From NCBI GenBank assembly GCA_052168235.1, contig JBQLZK010000017.1:1-64000 (forward strand): a stretch of DNA of 64,000 nucleotides, read 5' to 3'. Within the stretch, counting starts at the first letter, position 1, and every line of letters begins with the position of its first letter. The stretch is from Thainema sp. (lineage in GTDB: Bacteria > Cyanobacteriota > Cyanobacteriia > Phormidesmidales > Phormidesmidaceae). The notes below the pieces were generated by a model, which worked only from the letters and a program-made list of their open reading frames with translations, made no database searches and was not told the DNA's origin. Made by a program: the position numbers and the translations under genes. Below, piece by piece: positions 59,912 to 64,000 of the stretch.

Positions 59912-59958
59912 CAATGGAGTGTGAAAGGCTTGCGGCACAAGCCTTTCACACTCCATTG
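59912..59958. terminator. perfect 21-bp hairpin between convergent genes
   Basis: caatggagtgtgaaaggcttg-CGGCA-caagcctttcacactccattg. Confidence 0.7.
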
Positions 59959-59972
59959 GCTAGCATATCTGA

Positions 59973-60689
59973 CTAGCTATTTTCGTCATCTAGTTCCGGT
60001 GGCTCAAACTTATAGCCAACACCCCGCACCGTTTGAATAAGTGCAGGCTGTTCTGTACTGCGCTCAATCTTTTTCCGAATTTGACCAATGTGGACATCTA
60101 CCACACGCTGATCGCCCACATATTCGTAGTCCCAAACTTTTTGAATCAACTCGGCTCGCCGCCAAACGCGACCGGGGTGGCTGGCAAGAAAGTGAAGTAA
60201 ATCAAACTCTAGTGCCGTTAACAGGACGGGCTCTTCGGCCAAAGTGACTTCTCGGCGAACCGGATCAATGACCAACTGTTCAAACTGAAGCCGCTGCTGT
60301 TCCGCTGTAGTGACGGGTCGCTGCCGCTTAAGAATAGCACCTACTCTTACCTCTAGTTCGCTAAGGCTAAACGGCTTGGTGATGTAGTCATCGGCTCCCT
60401 GCGCAAAACCGCGAATCTTATCCGCCTCGTCGGCACGGCTCGTCAACATGAGAACAAATACGCCCGTGCGTCCCTGCATCTCTTCACAGAGACTGTATCC
60501 GGTTGCATCAGGTAAGTTAACGTCCAAAACAACCAAGTCAGGATTGAAATCCTCGAACACAGCAAGTGCGCTTTTACCATCTTCTGCGGATTCCATCTCA
60601 TATCCCTGCTTTGCAAGAAAGCGATGGATTAAATTCCGAATCGCAGGATCATCATCAACAACTAGTATTTTGGCGGGAGCCGTAGCCAT
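59973..60689 (-). CDS. OmpR/PhoB-family response regulator
   Basis: VVDDD, LDVNLP, GADDYITKPF receiver; LT.LEF.LL, R.VDVHI..IRKKIE, TVRGVGY winged helix. Confidence 0.95.
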   Translation of the reverse strand: MATAPAKILVVDDDPAIRNLIHRFLAKQGYEMESAEDGKSALAVFEDFNPDLVVLDVNLPDATGYSLCEEMQGRTGVFVLMLTSRADEADKIRGFAQGADDYITKPFSLSELEVRVGAILKRQRPVTTAEQQRLQFEQLVIDPVRREVTLAEEPVLLTALEFDLLHFLASHPGRVWRRAELIQKVWDYEYVGDQRVVDVHIGQIRKKIERSTEQPALIQTVRGVGYKFEPPELDDENS

Positions 60690-61326
60690 AACTTTTCGTG
60701 ACTGATTGCATGAACAGTGGGCAAAGTTAAAAATGAAGCACCTAATTATACCGCTAGGCTATTTATAGCAAAGCTAACCCTGTTATAAACCAGTTCAGAA
60801 GAATTACCCACCCACTTTTAAGAAAATTCTGTGAAATGAGCGGATAAAGCTTGAATATAGCTTAGCTAGCAACCGATTGAGGTCGAACATCAAGGTTGAA
60901 GCCAGCCAATTCAGCATCAAAATATTAAATCCGACAGTCAAGCCCAACTTTATTCTATGTGAAAGACGCACCTTTATGTGAAAGACGTACCTTGCATACA
61001 TTTCATAAAAAATTGTAGATCTCTATAAAGTCAGATTGCCGATCGCTCACATCGAGCATCAGATTTTGAAGAGAGTACTGTGCTAGCATGATGCGGCGGC
61101 AAAATTATGGACTTCAGATTTCAGTTTCACGAAGTTCGATTTGACAAGCTGCGGTTTATAAGCTGTGGAATGGGAGTATCATCGTAATCCGTCTCAGCTT
61201 AAACTTATCAGTCTCAAGTGTGAATCCTCGTAAGTTTTCACGGATTTTAGTTTTCGATTCTGAGCTTCGCTAGTTACACTTGATGATAAACGAGGGCTGC
61301 TGGCAGCAAATGCTTGGAGGTTTTGA

Positions 61327-61938
61327 ATGAGCGAGCAAAATCCTTACGATACGTTGGGAATCACAGAGGCCGCATCATTTGATGAGATTCAAGAGGCACG
61401 GAATCGACTGACTCAACAACACGAAAGCGACCTTAAGCAGGTCGAAACAATTGAAGCTGCCTACGATGCTATCTTGATGGAGCGGTTGCGGCTTCGCCAA
61501 GAGGGCAAGATTAAGGTACCCGATCGGATTCGGTTTCCGGAAGAGTCCACTACCCAGTCAGCCCCAGCAAAAATTGCCTCAGTCATCCCAGATAACCCGC
61601 CCAACTGGTTGCAGGGCTTTTTGGATAATCCCAGCCGGGAAGAAATTCTATGGCCTGCTCTGGCCTTTCTCTGCTTGGGATTGCTGGGCTTCTACTACAC
61701 GTCTTTTGCCCTTGCACTCAGTGCTGGCTTTAATATCTATTTTCTTAATCGCAAAGAGAAGCGCTTTGTCCGCGCGGTGTTGCTAACGGTGGTCGGTCTG
61801 ATCATTGGAATTGTCGCTGGCCTACAGGTGGGTAACTTGCTCACTCCTCAAGGCGCTGCGTTTGCCATTGACCCCAATAGTTCTGCTGCGGCCTTTACCT
61901 GCTTCCTTTTCTGGCTGATAAGCAGTTTTCTACGTTAA
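61327..61938 (+). CDS. CPP1-like (J-like domain plus TM) protein
   Basis: NPY..LG....ASFDEIQ.AR, IEAAYDAILM.RLR.RQEGKIKVP.RIRFPE, C-terminal TM helices. Confidence 0.87.
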   Translation: MSEQNPYDTLGITEAASFDEIQEARNRLTQQHESDLKQVETIEAAYDAILMERLRLRQEGKIKVPDRIRFPEESTTQSAPAKIASVIPDNPPNWLQGFLDNPSREEILWPALAFLCLGLLGFYYTSFALALSAGFNIYFLNRKEKRFVRAVLLTVVGLIIGIVAGLQVGNLLTPQGAAFAIDPNSSAAAFTCFLFWLISSFLR

Positions 61939-62038
61939 CTGGTATCATCCAGACTCACCATAACGATACTTTTGCTGTGTTCAGAGGGAATTCTTGAGAC
62001 AGCAACTTAATGAGGCTCAGTGTAGAGCCGGTATTGTT

Positions 62039-62527
62039 ATGAGTGAACAGGACAATAACAGTAAGAAAACAAATAAGCTGGGGTTGGCGCTCGGCTTGGG
62101 TTGCGGGATTCCCTTGGGACTGATCGTTCTGTTGTTTACTGGGGCAATTGTTTATTTCTCAATGGGGCCAGAGGGCGGCGTACGATTGGCGAACAACATG
62201 GAAGATTATGCCTTAGAGTACATCGACGATCAGAATTTACTGACAGACAACGAAAAAGTGATTGCCTATTATGATGCCACGATATCTTTGAATGGCTCTG
62301 AAGCTGCAATTTTAACGGATTCTCGCCTGATCTATCACAAAAGCGATCGCAATACAGAAATGGCCCTGGCCGATATCAAATCTATCGATACGGAAAGCGA
62401 CGGCATCGGCGGCAATATTATTCAAGTCGAATCTGTAAATGGTGATCTGATGGTCATCCAAATTGCTGCCTTCAATCAAGGCGACCTGTTTATTAAAGCT
62501 CTGCAAACTAAAATTGCGAATGAGTGA
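62039..62527 (+). CDS. membrane-anchored hypothetical protein (possible bacterial PH-like domain)
   Basis: N-terminal TM; E..I..Y.......ILTD.RLIY pattern. Confidence 0.65.
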   Translation: MSEQDNNSKKTNKLGLALGLGCGIPLGLIVLLFTGAIVYFSMGPEGGVRLANNMEDYALEYIDDQNLLTDNEKVIAYYDATISLNGSEAAILTDSRLIYHKSDRNTEMALADIKSIDTESDGIGGNIIQVESVNGDLMVIQIAAFNQGDLFIKALQTKIANE

Positions 62528-62549
62528 GCTTTTGTGGCTTTGTTTTCTC

Positions 62550-63095
62550 TCAATCTACACAAGCTGTCTGCACAAAGGGTAGAAAATGCTCCAGATCAGG
62601 TGTTTTTAGCTTTGGCTGCTTAGCTAAATCGTCCCAGCGGCGTAGGTGTACAGCATCTTGAGCATAGGATTGTTGAATAAAGGCGATGGCTTCAGCCTCT
62701 GAAAAAACGCCGCCCTGAAGTTCAAGACTCCGCTTTGAGGCTGGCGAGAGAGAATCCCAGTAGCTTTCATCCACGGCACACAGATACCGTTTGGCGGCAA
62801 CATGTAGCTTGATGGGGGTCGTAACCGCAGATGGGAAGCAGGTTTCCAGGACTGGTATGGCGCGGTATTCGTGGCGATCGTCAATGCCTCGAACCGCAAC
62901 ATCTTCACCCAAGTGATGCACGAGATGGCCCAGATCGTGCAAGAGACAAGCGGTAATCAGTTCCGGTGATGCACCTGTTTGTTCTGCCAAGGCGGCGCAC
63001 TGAAGTGCATGTTCAAGCTGGCTTACAGCTTCGCCGCCGTATTGGGATTGGCCGCGCTGGTGGTAGAGGTTGAGGATGGAGGAGAGGGTGGTCAT
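62550..63095 (-). CDS. PhnZ-like phosphonate-degradation HD-domain oxygenase
   Basis: YGGE.VSQLEHALQCA, LLHD.GH, LHV.AKRYL, LS.AS..SL.LQGG, LRRWDD.AK; next to phnM. Confidence 0.85.
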   Translation of the reverse strand: MTTLSSILNLYHQRGQSQYGGEAVSQLEHALQCAALAEQTGASPELITACLLHDLGHLVHHLGEDVAVRGIDDRHEYRAIPVLETCFPSAVTTPIKLHVAAKRYLCAVDESYWDSLSPASKRSLELQGGVFSEAEAIAFIQQSYAQDAVHLRRWDDLAKQPKLKTPDLEHFLPFVQTACVD

Positions 63096-63265
63096 AAGAG
63101 GTGAGGAGTGAGGAGTGAGGAGTGAGAGGGTAAAAGGGTGAGGGGAGGTACTGGGTGTTAGGTATTGGGTATTGAGTTGATGGTTGGTGGTTGAGTTGAT
63201 GGTGAATAGTGAGGAGGAGGAGGTGGTGGTGGTGGAGATAAGTTGGTAGTTAATGGAAGAGGTGG
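63096..63265. repeat. purine-rich STRR-like tandem repeats
   Basis: gaggagt x3, gggtatt-type heptamers, gag/gtg triplets. Confidence 0.7.
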
Positions 63266-63268
63266 TGT

Positions 63269-64000
63269 TTAGGGTTGGCTGTAGCGGCTGGCTTCTTGGC
63301 CGTTGATGTAGACTGAGCGGATGGCGTTGGGTAGGGGATTTTGAGGGGTGAGCAAGAGAAAATCAGCGTCGTAGCCGGGGGCGATTTTGCCTTTGCCGCC
63401 GGATGAAGGATGACTGGTGCGATCGCAGATTTTAGCGGCTTGGGCGGGATATTCAGAGACGCATTTCCAGGCTTGTTCAAAGGGCATCAGTCCTTTTTCA
63501 GCCAGTAGGAAAGGAGCGTGGAAGAGAGAGGGGTAGTGATAGTCGGAGCAAAGGCAGTCAAGCACTTGCGCCTGGGCTGCTTCAGCGACGCTCATGTAGC
63601 CGACATGGGAACCGCCCCGCACAAGATTTGGTGCGCCCATAAGTACTGCGGCACCGTAAGCACGGGATTGTTCAGCCAGTGCAACTGAGGCAGGAAATTC
63701 TGCGATCGCAACGCCACGTTCTTGGCTCTTGGCAACATCGGCTTCGGTTTCATCATCATGGGAAGCGACCGGAATGCCGAGTTGATGACAGCGCTGAACT
63801 AAATCTTCAAACTGGGCTAAACCCTCTTCCTGGCGGGGATAGGCGGATTTGATTAGGGAACGGATATCGGCTTCAGTCATCTTCAGCCGCTGGCGTAATC
63901 CCTTGGTGTAGCGCTGTAGTGTCTCGTGATCGAGTGAGGGTGGCAGATGGTTGTTGAGCGAGAGCAGGGTGACTTTACGGGTTTCGAGCCAGTCGCACAA
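63269..64000 (-). CDS. phnM: alpha-D-ribose 1-methylphosphonate 5-triphosphate diphosphatase (5' part outside the window)
   Basis: ASHDD, IAEFP, MGAPNLVRGGSH.G, L.SDY, G.IAPG..AD. Confidence 0.9.
   Translation of the reverse strand: MCDWLETRKVTLLSLNNHLPPSLDHETLQRYTKGLRQRLKMTEADIRSLIKSAYPRQEEGLAQFEDLVQRCHQLGIPVASHDDETEADVAKSQERGVAIAEFPASVALAEQSRAYGAAVLMGAPNLVRGGSHVGYMSVAEAAQAQVLDCLCSDYHYPSLFHAPFLLAEKGLMPFEQAWKCVSEYPAQAAKICDRTSHPSSGGKGKIAPGYDADFLLLTPQNPLPNAIRSVYINGQEASRYSQP

Noticed and set aside
1..64000. CRISPR array, tRNA or rRNA genes
   Set aside because: No regularly spaced repeat-spacer units, cloverleaf or rRNA-like sequence was seen by eye

Overview
Chromosomal window from a cyanobacterium, probably filamentous (Leptolyngbya/Oculatella-like by impression). 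The evidence is abundant HIP1 GCGATCGC sites, photosynthesis genes (psb28, psaK, ndhAIGE), STRR-like heptamer tracts and a HetZ-related gene. Most of it is core or accessory metabolism: moaB, glgB, glgX, hom, cyaC, rsmB, acnA, hydA, larC, a Sua5/YciO gene, and phnM/phnZ-like genes. The most notable items are: (1) a compact V4R / repeat protein / bilin-globin / V4R / non-RD Ser-Thr kinase / YbjN operon that resembles a ferredoxin-less version of the Synechocystis slr0144-slr0152 cluster; (2) a group II intron 3' remnant split between domains V and VI by an 89-bp TA-flanked MITE that has a second copy in the window; (3) a set of long perfect intergenic hairpins with unrelated stems but a shared (T)GCC..GGC apex; (4) an AT-rich accessory island with an apparently chimeric vapB-vapC pair; (5) an uncalled 55-codon ORF in a structured leader, and a candidate sRNA/attenuator. 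No rRNA, tRNA or CRISPR array was seen. All family assignments come from motif recognition by eye; no database searches were run.
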